The notes: a model not told the origin generated them from the letters alone. 64,000 bases of DNA from Octopus sinensis (GCF_006345805.1 NC_042997.1:103726001-103790000); one strand, 5' to 3'; positions 15,280 to 28,682 are shown, counted from the first letter of the stretch. Made by a program: numbers and translations.

Positions 15280-16650
15280 ATTCCTTTCTACTAATGGCAC
15301 AAGGCCTGAAATTTATGGGGAGGTAACTAGTCATTTACACCGATCCCAGTATTTCCCTGCCCCTCGTTTATCGACCCCGGAAGGATGAAAGGCAAAGCTG
15401 ACCTCGGCGGAATTTGAACTCAGAACGTATAAACAGGCGAAATGCCGCTAAGCATTTTGTCTGGCGTGCTAACGATTCTGCCAGGTCGACGCCTTAATAA
15501 TAATAATGATTTAAAATTTTAGCACGAGGCCAGTATGTGTGCGGGGAGGGGAAGTCGATTGCAGCCACCCCAGTGTTCACATGGCACTTATTTTATCGAT
15601 CCCAAAAGGATCAAAAGCAAAGTCGTCCTCGGTGGAATAATAATGGCTTCAAATGTTGATACGGGGCTAGTAGTTTTTGAGGAGAGGAGGAAGCCGATTA
15701 CATCGACCCCACTACTTGACTGGTACTTATTTTATCGAACCCAAAAGAATGACAGGCAATATCGAATTCGGCGGAATTTGAAGTCAGAACGTAAAGTAAG
15801 TGTGGTAAGTAGCTTGCTTACCAACCACATGGTTCCGGGTTCATTCCCACTGCGTGGCACCTTGGGCAATTGTCTTCTACTATAGCCTCGGGCCAGCTAA
15901 AGCCTTGTAACTGGATTTGGTAGACGGAAACTGAAAGAAGCCCGTAGAATATATGTATATATATGTGTGCGTGTGTATATATATGTTTGTGTGTCTGTGC
16001 TTTTGTCCCCCAACATCGCTTAACAACCGATGGTAAAAGAAACCGATAGAATGAGTACTAGGCTTCCAAAGAATAAGTCCTGGCGGTGATTTGCTCGACT
16101 AAAGGCGGTGCTCCAGCATGGCCGCAGTCAAATGACTGAAACAAGCAAAAGAGGAAAAGAGTAAAAGGACGAAATGCCTAGCAGCATTTTGCCCGGCGTA
16201 CTGACGATTCTATTATTTCGCTACACCAGTACCCATAACAATAGTTTCTGATTTAATCACAAGTTTAGCATTTTGAGGCAAGTATGTTAGGCGATAGCAT
16301 CGATCTCACTATTTGACCGAAAGTTCAATTTATCGACTCTGAAAGGATGAAGTGCAAAACTAATTCTGGCGGGACTTGAAGAGAGAATGTAAAAAGCTGG
16401 AACATATACTTCAAGACATTTTGTCTGATGCTCTAACAAGTGTACCAATCAACCACCTTACTGGACTTTCTCATTTAGGCATAAGGCCTGCAACTTTTGG
16501 TTGAGTAGGGTTCAGTATGGGATTAGTCTTGCTAGGATTTGAACTCAGAATGTAAAGTGCAGGAACAAATAACACAAAACATATTTTTCTGACGCGCTAA
16601 CAATTCTGCCAATCCGCCGTTCTTATGTAATTTCTAACATAGGCACCAAT
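15280..16650 (-). mobile_element. Cluster of ~6 degenerate SINE A copies (minus) with a family B SINE (plus, ~15795-16170) nested in one of them
   Basis: Repeated gaatttgaactcagaacgta motifs; family B sequence interrupts a family A head between cagaacgtaaag and gacgaaatgcc. Confidence 0.8.
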
Positions 16651-16859
16651 CCATGCATGGTGGGTGGATGGTTGGGTAACTATTCGATTATACTTACTCC
16701 GATATTTGACGGGCACATTGTTTTTTTACCGATATACAAATGAAATATTAGTTCATTTGAAATACTGGTTCATTTGAACTTGAAAAATAAAAAAAGGAAA
16801 AAATTCAATACCATAGCACAAATTAAGCAATATACTTTATACGTGCAGATGTGAATATA

Positions 16860-17215
16860 TGATAAGAAGGTTGCTTCCATACTACATGATTCCAGGTTGA
16901 ATCCCACTGCGTGGCTATTTAGGCACCTTTTACTATAACCTTGGGTCAAAGCCTGGTGAATGAATTTAATAGATGAAATTAAGAGAAACCCGTCGTATAT
17001 ATTTGTATTTATGTGTACATGTCTTTGTGCTGTGTTTGTACTTCCCATCGCTTGACAACCCGCGTTGGTGTGTGTACGTCGCCGTAACTTAGATGTTCGG
17101 CAAAAGACCTCGACAGAATAAATACTAGGCTTTAAAAAAAGTTTCATTTGACAAAACCTTTTTCAATGCAGTGCTCGAGCATGGCCACAATCTAATGACT
17201 GATACAAGTAAAAAG
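16860..17215 (+). mobile_element. SINE family B, diverged
   Basis: Aligns by eye with 28759-29160: cccactgcgtgg, gcttgacaacc, cagcatggcc...tgact. Confidence 0.8.
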
Positions 17216-17218
17216 GTA

Positions 17219-17318
17219 NNNNNNNNNNNNNNNNNNNNNNNNNNNNNNNNNNNNNNNNNNNNNNNNNNNNNNNNNNNNNNNNNNNNNNNNNNNNNNNNNN
17301 NNNNNNNNNNNNNNNNNN
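17219..17318. other. Assembly gap (100 N)
   Basis: Exactly 100 N, a typical placeholder for a gap of unknown size. Confidence 1.
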
Positions 17319-17830
17319 GTGTGTGTGTTAGTGTGGTGTGTGCATTCGTTTTATTGTTTGTGTGTTTCATATAAGTTTCATATTCATTCATTAATAAATA
17401 ATATCCATTGAAATAAATGAACATGATGAAAACAATAACAAAAAACAATAACAACAAAGACAACTAAAAAAGTAATAAAAACAGAACAGAGAGAAAATTT
17501 TTTTTATAAAACAACATAGCTTAAAAACATCAAAATATACAATGAGTTAGCCCATATCTTTCAGTTACCCCCGAAACTGAAAATGTCTTCCAACATTCTT
17601 AATAGAAAGGAATTTACTGACAGGAACCCCCCAAACTGACATTGAACCAAAATAATGGAACTTAAAATGTAAAACAATGAACAAAAATATCGAAAAATCA
17701 TGGTAAAATAAAAGAAAGTATTGACTTTAGGAGTAAATATTTGCATATTAATAAAGTTGTGGGGTGAATTTGGAGATGTCAAAAGAGAAGAAGAAAATAA
17801 AAGAGATTACCCACGCACGCAAGCACGGAT

Positions 17831-17869
<39 letters not shown>

Positions 17870-18264
17870 ACACACAAATACACACACAAATACACACACA
17901 TACACACACATACTAACACACACATGTACGCGTAAACACACACATATGTATAAAACGCAAACATATACAACAAGGTAATAGTAGAGAGGCCATGTCATTG
18001 ATGAGATCGTGATGAGCAACGAAAGGACATTGACATAACTTGCTTCGTAGATTGATTAATCAAACAGTCGAGTATTAATTAGTTAAGTCTCAAACAACTG
18101 ACTAATGACAATAATAATATAAGAAGTGAAACAGAACAATTATCTAAGTTTGTTATTGACGCAATGATCCTCACGAGATAAAACAATATTTATGTATGTT
18201 TATATATATATATACATATATAAACACACACGCACACATACAAACAAACACACACACAGACACA

Positions 18265-18410
18265 CATTGGCTGTGTGGTAAGAAGTTTGCTTCCCAACCA
18301 CATGATTCCCGGTTCAGTCCTACTGCGTGGTATCTTGGACAAGTGTCTTTTCAGCAGCGTTGGCTGAGCAAAGTCCTGTGAATGAATTTGGTAGACGGAA
18401 ACTGAAGGTA
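18265..18410 (+). mobile_element. SINE family B, 5' fragment
   Basis: ggctgtgtggtaagaagtttgcttcccaaccacatgattcccggttcagtcc...ggtagacggaaactgaa. Confidence 0.8.
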
Positions 18411-18425
18411 CACGTTCTATGTTTG

Positions 18426-18461
<36 letters not shown>

Positions 18462-19084
18462 GTGTGTGTGTGTATGCATGTATGCATGTAAATATGTGTA
18501 TGTGTCTACTGTGCGTGTGTCTGTGTGTGAGTGTGTATGGTAGAGCTGAAATTGATCTCTATCGCTACTCTGAGCTTTAGGAGGATTTTTGATCACGTAA
18601 CTTAATATGAAATGTAATGCTCTTCAGAGTCATTTTTATCCGCTGATGATAGTGTGTGTGGCTATATTATCTTCGAAAGACTGATTACCAGAAGCATGAA
18701 TTCTACCTCTGGAGGAGTTATGCAATATTTTATATAATGTAGTTATACCAACAAATATATCTATTTCTTATTTGTAAATACATCCCCGCCTCTCTCTCTC
18801 TCACTGTCTCTCTCTCTTTCTCTCTTTTTCTTTCTCTGTTGGTGTGTGTGTGTGAGTATGCATTTTGAAGCGTAAGTTGGCTGGACATTCAAGTTTCTTC
18901 TATCATCTTGTTCAACCAGACTGGCTGGACAAGCCGAAGGGAAAACCTCGAAGTCCCAGTCAACTGAGCAACATCATTTTTATGATGTATTTGACAGTTT
19001 TCTCAGTTCCGTTGCTACTTTTAAACTTACTTTAAAGTAAGAAGCATACCTTCAAACAACGAGTACACATACACATAAGGATAC

Positions 19085-19128
<44 letters not shown>

Positions 19129-19776
19129 GTATATATGTACAAGTACAATCGATATCAATTTTATATATCTACTTCTCTCTCTCTCTCTTTTTCTCTCTCT
19201 TCTCTGCATGTTTATATATATATATATATATATTATATATCATATATATATATATAGATATATATATATATATATATTTGTATATACAATCGATACTAAA
19301 ATCTTTTGATTTTATCTTTGTCTACATATTTCTATATATCTTTAGAATTTATCTATTTCTTTTGACTGTCAGTTCCGAAGGTACACATATGATATCTTTT
19401 CACTTAAGGGAAAGGTTATAGAATTCGTAGAACACATGATATTATCTGAAGATGATGATGATGATGACGACGATGACGACGTTGATGTTGATGATGGTGA
19501 TGATAATAATGATGGTGCAGGTGGTGGTGGTGTTAGTGGTGATGGTGATGATGATGATGGACTCTCGTAGTTCGAGAAAGTTAGTTCTACAGTTTTCTTG
19601 TTGAACAACCTACGCAATTGATTTTGTTTATAGTGATCAAATAATTCTGCTGTACATTTGCTCGCTCCCTTCATCAAATTGACGTTATCTGACCAGGTGT
19701 ACAGTGTGCCATACATCAGGTGCCAAACTAGTCGCAGAGCAACGTGTGTTTGGAGTGTTTTGCTCGAGAGCACAGC

Positions 19777-20250
19777 ATGGCACACGAGTCAGGAACTGAA
19801 ATCACGATCTTCGCGATCGTGATTGCGGTAGGTCGTTCGCCCTCATTAGGTCATTCGCCCTCATTAGGTCATTCGCCCTCATTAGGTCATTCGCTCTCAT
19901 TAGGTCATTCGCCCTCAGGTCATTCGCCCCCGTTACATCATTCGCCCTCATTAGGCCATTCGCCCTCATTAGGCCATTCGCCCTCATTAGGCCATTCGCC
20001 CTCATTAGGCCATTCGCCCTCATTAGGCCATTCGCCCTCAGGTCATTCGCCCCCGTTACATCATTCGCCCTCATTAGGTCATTCGCCCCCGTTACATCAT
20101 TCGCCCTCATTAGGTCATTCGCCCTCATTAGGTCATTCACCTCCGTTACGTCATTCGCCATTATTAGGCCATTCGCCCTCATTAGGTCATTCGCTCTCAT
20201 TAGGTCATTCGCCTTCATTAGGCCATTCGCCCTCACATGATAATATCTAA
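19777..20250 (+). CDS. Hypothetical His/Ser/Pro/Leu/Gly repeat protein (HSPSLG)n; may be non-coding
   Basis: ATG at 19777 to TAA at 20250; hydrophobic ITIFAIVIAVG before the repeats; many variants synonymous in this frame. No homology recognised. Confidence 0.25.
   Translation: MAHESGTEITIFAIVIAVGRSPSLGHSPSLGHSPSLGHSLSLGHSPSGHSPPLHHSPSLGHSPSLGHSPSLGHSPSLGHSPSLGHSPSGHSPPLHHSPSLGHSPPLHHSPSLGHSPSLGHSPPLRHSPLLGHSPSLGHSLSLGHSPSLGHSPSHDNI
19834..20238 (+). repeat. 18 bp minisatellite (CATTCGCCCTCATTAGGY), 23 units, frame-preserving
   Basis: Units counted directly: twenty 18 bp units and three 15 bp units; open frame on both strands. Confidence 0.97.
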
Positions 20251-20487
20251 AAGTTATTTAATTAGTCAAACTAAAGACCTATAAATAATTATAAATAATA
20301 ACAAGGTCTGCATCAAAGCACAGCTTACTCTCTTAAAGAGAGAATGCAGTGAAGATGTAGTGTTAGTTGCACATTAAGATTATCAAGCTCAGGACTTCCA
20401 TGTCATTCCCTCAATATGTATAGCGTCATCTTGAGGCAACTAAATGCTGGGTAATTACCCAAGAGTCCCAGAATTATAGTGGTCTAA

Positions 20488-20525
<38 letters not shown>

Positions 20526-20782
20526 ATCATTATAGATATAGGGTAAAAAATTATTAATTTATAATTAATAAATTTTACTAAGTAGTTTCGGCATGGAAAA
20601 GAACCATATTCGGTAAAAACCTATACAAGAAGTTTTATATATAATTATAACAATAATTAAGGGTTTAGCAACAAGTTGCTTCACCACATACCGAAAATTT
20701 AAATAGCAGCCAAAATTTGCTAAGCCCTTAATTATTGTTATACACACACAACCACACACACACACCACACATATATATGTAT

Positions 20783-20866
<84 letters not shown>

Positions 20867-21841
20867 GTATATAGTGTATTTGTATTTACGGAGATAGAAT
20901 GCTCTAAGTGAATTGCTTTTCTTATTGGTCTCTAATGCCATTAACTTGGCTTAAGTTTGAATTGATCAGAGGCCCAAGCAGGGAAACAACGACATCCAAG
21001 CGATGATATTCGAACTGAACACATGGAATAAGCTATAGAGACCTATACATCAGAGCTGTAATACTCAGCTCGTTTCCACCATTCTAGAACTGTGTGTGTG
21101 TGTGTGTGTACACTACAGTCGTAAAAACGTTTGTGTTTTTCTAGGTTTCTTAGGGAAACAATAGTTTTATTGTTAAGTGCGATAAATCTCTTTTGAGAAG
21201 GCGAGAAAGAAAAGTGCTACAAAGGGATAAACAGTTAAAATAGACTAAATATAAATACACATCATGATAGGGCATCCGATTCTAAAATCATTTTTTTTTC
21301 CTATTATCATTGTTTATCTTTTGACGTCGTTTGTTTATTTTGAAATTTAGTTTTTCTGGGTTTTTTTTTTAATTTATCATTTTACATTCTTAAGGCTAAA
21401 AGTAGTTTCTTTTACACGGGCTTGTTTTGCTTAAATGTTCAAACACACAAAATACATTAATACCGCTATAGCTAAGCATTCACAAATGAACAAAAGCAAG
21501 TATGTGTCTTAATATATATATATATATGTAAGTATTTTTGTATGAATGTCGGTATGTATGTCTATATCAATATATTTGTTTGTATGTGTGAGGACATGAA
21601 TGTATGCTCATATATATACGTATATCTACATAAGTTCGTATATATATGCATTTGTGTGTACGTCTATAAATATATATTACATACACGCATTATCTATCTA
21701 TCTCTCTCTCCCTCTCTCCCCCTCTCTCTCTGTATATATATGTATATATATATATATGTACGAATGTCTACATACATAATGGGAGCATATATATGCATGC
21801 AAATATGTATGTGTGTGTGTAAAGATATATATAAGTATATA

Positions 21842-24457
21842 TACTAGCAGTATAGCCCGGCGTTGCCCAGGATTAAGTTAGGATTATTAAGCTAATAAAG
21901 CGCTTTGTTGCAAACCAAACTAAGTAACACCGACGTCAAATTTGAGCGAAATCTGTTGAAATTGGTAAACGTTTGGCTGAAAATAGGTTGCAGACAATTT
22001 GATTGGGAAATCCATGAGGAATCGTTTTATTAATTTTTCCACTCATCATCATCATTATCATCATCGTCATCGTGTAAGATCCGTTTTCCATGCTAGCATG
22101 GGTTGGACGCTTCGATCTGGGTCAAGGGAAGCAGGAGTGTGCACCAGGCTCCAGTCTGATGTAGCAGTGTTTCTACAGCTTGATGCCCTTCCTAACGCCA
22201 ACCACTCCGTGAGTGTAATGGGTGCTTTTTACGTGCCACCGGCATGGAAACCAGTCTAGGCGGCACTGGCATCGGCCACGTTCGGATGGTGCTTTTTACG
22301 TGCCACTGGCACAGGTATCACAACTACAATTTCCATTTGATTTTCATTTTGATGTTGATGTACTTGACTCAATAGGTCTCCTCAAACACAGCAGATCGCC
22401 CTAGGATCCAAGTTACTTTTGAATGGGCAGAGGATGGTTATGCGAAACCGGTGTAGGATACAGTCGTGAACTCACCTTATTTGTCGGGTCTTCGCAGTCA
22501 CAGCATATCTCCAGAGGTCTCGGTCTTTCATCATTGCCTCTGTGAGGCCCAACATCATGCTTGACCACCTCATCTCATGTCTTCCTGGGTTTACCTCTAC
22601 TCCAGATTCCTTCAACTGTTTGGGAGTGGGACGTCTTCACACAGTTCTCCACATCCATCCATAGTAGATGACCATACCAGCGCAAACGTCTCTCTTGCAC
22701 GCCACAGCCGATTCTTCTTATGTCCAACATTCCTCTCAGGGCGCTTACACTCTGTCGTGTTTGCACACTGACATTACACATCCAGCGAATCATGCTAGAT
22801 TCATTTCTTTCAAGCCTACGTATGTCTTCCGCAGTCACGGCCCATGTTTCACATCGATTTTTTTTATTTTGAAGAATTTAAAGCATTCAAAGATCCCATA
22901 AGTTCTAAGTAACGCTGGCATCAAGTTTGAACAAAATACGTCAAAAATGGTAAAAGTTATGGTTGAAAATGGGGTGTAGCCAATTTTAGTGGGAAATCCT
23001 ATAAGGAATCGGTTTATCGATTTTTCATCCTGATTGAATGGAAAACCCCATAAGGAATCGGTTTATTGATTTTCACACCAAATAGGACTTAACCGAACAC
23101 AACAAAAATCTATATTTATACGTTAAAGTTGGTTTTCATACCCAACCCAATTCTGCAGAATCATTGTCACGACGGGAACGCATGGGTTGGAAGTTTGACC
23201 AGCAAAGGTGATTAGGTTGCACATGCCGGCCCTTTCACAGACTAGTAGGAATAGTTTGCCAAATAACTGCAGTGGACGTTAATCAACAATTGAGACATAC
23301 GCAACTGACTCAGGCTATTGTTTTGGCTGTTTGTCGACTCAGTGACCGATTCCTCGAAGTCATTTACTCACTTAGAAATTGATATCTATTAACATTCCAA
23401 AGATTTACTTTAATTTGCCAGTAAATCCATATAGATTAGACTCTTGTGGAGAGGATGGGTAAATTGAAGTTCAAATTGTTTGGATCATCTGATGGAAGGT
23501 TTTATGAGATAGTTTTAGCAAAGACCTCAAATATAGCTGCCTCCAGATTGCCATAAAGTGATACAGAGATAAGATCCTTTTAGTATTTATCGTATCTGCC
23601 ACCATGTATCAAGAAATATAAAAATTACCTTGAGAGAATATTTTCTTTTCTCTATCAAGGTAACTACTTTCTTACTCAAATAGATGCTGATGCATGACAA
23701 TGCCCCTAAACAAAGTACTCGTTTATTCAAGCAGTTCATTTTTGAAAGAATAATATAAATAAATAAAAACTTAAGCTGCTATCGTAGCTAACTCAAACTT
23801 ACGATCTCAAATCGATCAAAAAACTCGGAGACATAAATGTAAAGAAGCCACCGAATTTTAATAACATGAGCAGTGTCATTAAATATACCTGAAAACAGTT
23901 AATAATATTGAAGATGATGATGATGATGATGATAATAATAATAACAATAACTGCCTTGATGTAGTACCAGGCAGTGGCCCTCGTGGCTTCTGATCTTAAC
24001 TGATTGGAAGTGTTATCATGCACATTGTTTTGTCTTGGTATAAAAGATGGGCTATAGGTGCATTAGGAACTATCCCTAAAAATTTGAACAGATGGACAGA
24101 GAAAAGCTCCAGAAAACAGTGTTATTAGGGGTAATTAGGATTCTTAGGAGGGATCTTGGCATCTAAGGTTACTTGTAGCCCGATCGTAGGGAATTTTCTT
24201 TTCCAACAGTCTAATCTGTTATGCGTATATGAACAACAACAACAACAACAATAATAATAATAAAAGTAATCCCTATTTTTTACGATTTTTTGACTGCTGT
24301 GTCGCCATTTTTCGGTGTATTTCAACCAGAAAAATGTTCACTTAAAGAGAATAACAAGCTACACAATGAAAAAGTTTTACTTTTCAAAAATTCCAATTCT
24401 AAAGGGTCGAAAAGAAAACAAGCCCGAGTAACTTATAGCTGGGCTATACTGCTAGTA
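21842..24457. mobile_element. Helitron/Helentron-like non-autonomous element(s) bounded by inverted CTAG-hairpin ends
   Basis: TACTAGCAGTATAGCCC (21842-21858) is the exact reverse complement of 24441-24457; GC hairpin next to each CTAG; internal repeated gggaaatcc..aggaatcg..ttat..attttt units. Confidence 0.6.
22044..22856 (-). mobile_element. RTE-clade LINE 3' fragment (ORF2 C-terminus, 3' UTR, (ATG)n tail)
   Basis: ORF 22575-22838 ...RLERNESSMIRWMCNVS...RRLRWYGHLLWM...RGKPRKT matches the RTE C-terminal RRLRWxGH...GRPRKTW pattern; microsatellite tail at 22044-22070. Confidence 0.88.
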
Positions 24458-24907
24458 TCTGTTAAGTGAAACTCAGATCATATAACGGATATCTAGATTC
24501 CTTTCTTCATGGAGCGTGGTAATTTCATGAGGACATAAGAAGGTACGTTATAAACAATAGCATACATCGTAATGCAACGACTACCTTTGTAGGCATTTTA
24601 TATAAGGTAAATTCGAAGCAATCCCAGAATTACTATAGATTCAGTACCTGTGTGAAGCCACTCCATTTCACTTATATTGCAGCCTTGTATCCTGGGCTTG
24701 GCGATCTTTGTGCCTACATACTAGAACACATTGCTTTCCACATAGAACGTTTCAAGTAGCTTTAAATTAAATTAGGAGTCGTTATGAACTAGATGACTGG
24801 ATTTCTTCTCCTGCAGGTGAAAGATAATTTTTATCATCAGCTTTATTTGCCTTAACGGTCTTGTAAAATATATGCATACTTGTGTGAATACATCTATACA
24901 CACATAC

Positions 24908-24952
<45 letters not shown>

Positions 24953-25069
24953 TGCCTGCGTCTGTGTGTCTGTGTCGTAGAGAAGCGTGCGCTCTGCTAA
25001 CCTTAACATAGTCAAGATACGACAACGCTCCCATATTTGACCATAAAAGTGGAGATATGAAAACTTTAA

Positions 25070-26340
25070 AAAAGTTTAGCAATTTCGGTTTGAGCATTAG
25101 TAATGATCAAGGAGAGCGTCTTGTTAAATTCTATAAACCAAACAATTTTGTATTTCTAAAAATATGGTTTAACCAACACCACAGACGAATTTACACTTAG
25201 AATTCTCGTGATAGTAAGATTCTTAACGAAAGAGAAGTTGAAGAGGAAAGAAAAAATAGTTTTAAGAAATATCCATGTGCTGACCATCAGCTTATTGCAA
25301 AGTTAAATTGCGTCTTAATAGCTATAACACAATTTAAAAAAAAAATAACAAAATGAAAAACCCAAAAGCGATACGATCGTGTAAACATTCCAAATGAATA
25401 TAATGTTGAAATAAAAACAGATTTCAGTAACTTTGGCAAAGTAATAAACAAAGCCACCTAGAAGAGATGTGGAATCTAGCTAAAAATGTGGTTTGGGAAA
25501 TAGCAGAAAAAATATTAACAAAGAAAAGACAAAAAAATGCTATTGAAGTAGAAAACAGACGAGACAGTAGATAAAATTGAAGATAGATGAGCTGTACAAA
25601 CCTGTGGTACGCCATCATCTGAATCTCGAGAACGATATCATCAGATGAGCCATGAAATTTAAACCATTATGAAAAAAGATAAGCATTAAAACAACAAAAA
25701 CATTTGTGATCAGATTGAAAAATTCAATAGCAAACACACTATTAAATATATTTACAAAACAGTGAATCTATAACAAGAAAATTTGCACCCAGAAATGATG
25801 CTATCAAAAACAAAATGGTTATATGTTTTATGAAGGGTAAGATATAAAAGAAAGAAGGGAGGATATTGCTACATCTTATGCAAGACAAAAAGCAGATGTT
25901 AATCAAAAGAAACTAATTATAATGATGGAAGTCAAAATTATGCTACATAAAGAGAAGCTAACTCCTATAATGTCTGAAGAAACAAAAAGTAGTTACGAAA
26001 AGTTTGAAAATGATCAAAAGTTGTGGTCTAAGTGATAAAAAGTCAGAACTTTAGAAAATGAAGAAGCCATATTGATATTATTCAATTTGTGCACAAAAAG
26101 ATGGAACTCAAATTTACGACAAAATGATTAGATTAAATAATTTTTCAGCTCTTATACAAAAACTGAGACATGGTGTGATGTACAAACAACAGAAAAATTG
26201 CACTAATAAACCATTTTAGTAAGATGTGAGCCAAGTTGGAAAAGTATTGAGAGACGCTATTCATAACACTAAAAATTATTATTAGCGATTGGGGAACACA
26301 TCAAAATATGGTCGGTAAAATACATGTTACAGAGTTATTA
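25070..26340 (+). pseudogene. Highly degraded RTE-type LINE ORF2 (AP endonuclease C-terminus to start of RT)
   Basis: Broken translation NDQGERLVKF...WFNQHHRRIYT, KYPCADHQL, AIKNK, CTNNRKIALINHFSK resembles RNERGERL..F, YTW, YPGAD..SDH and C.NYRTIALISHASK; many stops and frameshifts. Confidence 0.75.
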
Positions 26341-27729
26341 AAATCACTTTGCTGTCAGGAAAATGGAAACAGGCAAAATTAATGCGGGCATTACAGAGTG
26401 ATTTGAAAGAAGGTAGGAGACAATTCGCATATATCGTTTTTCCTTCAATATTTTGCATCAAAACCAAAACTGTATTCAGCACAGCTCTTGAAAGTTTTGA
26501 GGATATAGTGTGGAATAAAGGTAACTATCCTTAACTATACCTTTGACACTTTCCTTATTCCCGGTTACTTATGTGTATATACATATACATATACGTATAA
26601 ATGCACGCAGTATAAAAACGCATACACGTATGTGTATGTGAATAATATATATTCACATACGAAAAACACTCTCAACAAGATTAACAATTGTGTATATCTA
26701 TCTCTCTGTCTGTTTGTGTATATGTGTGTGTTTGTACACACAACTATATATATACGGACATATTAGGAATTATATTGTTATTACTTCTTGTATCTATTTG
26801 AATATACAAGTAAATGCTACTTGTATATATATATATATATGTTTGTTGCTGCGTTTGTAGCAGTGTGCATACGTGTTTATATGCTTTTGTATACCTGCTT
26901 ACAAATCCTTATATATGCATGCACATATTTGTGTTCATACAATAAATTCTCCATGATCGTCCTATATACGTACGAATATAAGATTTTACACAAATTGTTT
27001 TATATAATTGTATGTTCCAATTCACATATTGACTTTGATATATGCAAATGCATGTGTAGATATATAACTTCTCCTTTCCAACATGTGACTAAGAAGAAAG
27101 CTACCGAGTTAACATGCCATATCTGGTTCCTGAATGTCAACTACATACCACAAATCATAAAGTGGAGCATCGTGGAAGGATCCACGCTATACGTGAATGG
27201 ATTAAAGAGATGTAGGCTTTGTTCAACCAAATTATATCCTTTTTTAAATCTTAGAATTCTGCTAACCTGCTACATTCAAGATCTGAGAATTTTATTAAAT
27301 GCATGCATCAATACAAATTTCTTTTATTGAACTGGAAAACATCAATCTCTCAGGATTTAATCCTGCAGTCTAACAAACTTTGACACTTGGACCATTTAAT
27401 TAATTTACACCAACCATATAAATTCTGATTCCAACTGATGGAAGGGACGCAACTCTTAATTTCCTTTCTTCTCATTCCACTTATACCTTTTTTTCATCTT
27501 TTTTCATTCTGTTTTTTTCTCAAAGACTAACGTCATTTATGGTCCTTAATTTTTTTTTCATCAGAGACCAGTCAGATTATCGTGCTTTAAAGGCATGAAA
27601 GTAATAGCATAACACAAATTTAAATCCTGTGTATAGTAAATGATATTTATCACTCCTTAGATGGACTGCATTTGCTGATCCCATCAGTAGTGGAACAGTA
27701 TATTGTGTGTATGTGTGCGTGTATAGCTA

Positions 27730-27741
27730 TCCATCTATCTG

Positions 27742-27829
<88 letters not shown>

Positions 27830-27884
27830 ACAGTCTATCTATCTATCTGTCTGCCCGTCTGTCTCTGTGTCTATCTATCTATCA

Positions 27885-27976
<92 letters not shown>

Positions 27977-28015
27977 ATCTATCTGTATGTCTGTCTGTCT
28001 GTCTGTCCGTTTGCC
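27730..28015. repeat. (ATCT)n tetranucleotide microsatellite
   Basis: Directly visible. Confidence 0.97.
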
Positions 28016-28635
28016 TGTCTCTCTGTCTTGTGGTTTCGATGCTTGAGGAAGTCCGAGGGCAGTGAAAATAGCTTTGCTTCTTTGTCGAGGTTTCTCACGC
28101 AACTTATAACCAATATTCCTTAAATTCCTAGCTGTCACAGTCTTGGAGGTCACACAATCGGGTCGTTTCTTCCTTGGTTAAAGGTCCTTCAGGAATCGTC
28201 CATCCGTATCCACATGACGACCTAACTTCTTTCCGCAATGACATGAAGAGAAGTGCCTTTAGCACTATCTTTGAAAATGATAAACCTTTCTTCATCGTTA
28301 GGCTTTTCCACGTCCAATTGTTCTTAGAGAGGAGAGATGCTATTAGCTTGGTTCACCCCAAAACTGAAGAATCTGAAATATAAAAGAAAAGACGTTATAC
28401 AGAATAATGTAAACATAGCAATGGTGTTGCCATAGGGTGCAAACCAGCTGGGAAATGTGTTATGAAAATCGATTCACAGAAACCGAGCAATCCTAAATTT
28501 CACTCCTAAACTATAAAAATACACACCCACACACACACACATACATACGTAAATATACGTACCATGTAAGCAAGCATGTATCTCTGTGACTGTGGATATG
28601 TATTACATGGGCATGTATAAGTGCGTCTATGTATG

Positions 28636-28682
<47 letters not shown>

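Noticed and set aside
18920-18962. GACTGG...CCAGTC-bounded hammerhead-like fold
   Set aside because: The CUGANGA and GAAA core cannot be placed.
19834-20238. CRISPR-like array
   Set aside because: Units are contiguous with no unique spacers, no cas genes are present and the context is eukaryotic.
26788-27330. 180 aa ORF
   Set aside because: TTG start, first half is degenerate TA/TG repeat, no recognisable domain or splice structure.
28150-28372. Selenoprotein reading of the in-frame TGA after the 28372 acceptor
   Set aside because: No SECIS-like element identified, no Sec-family motif, and the exon itself is unproven.
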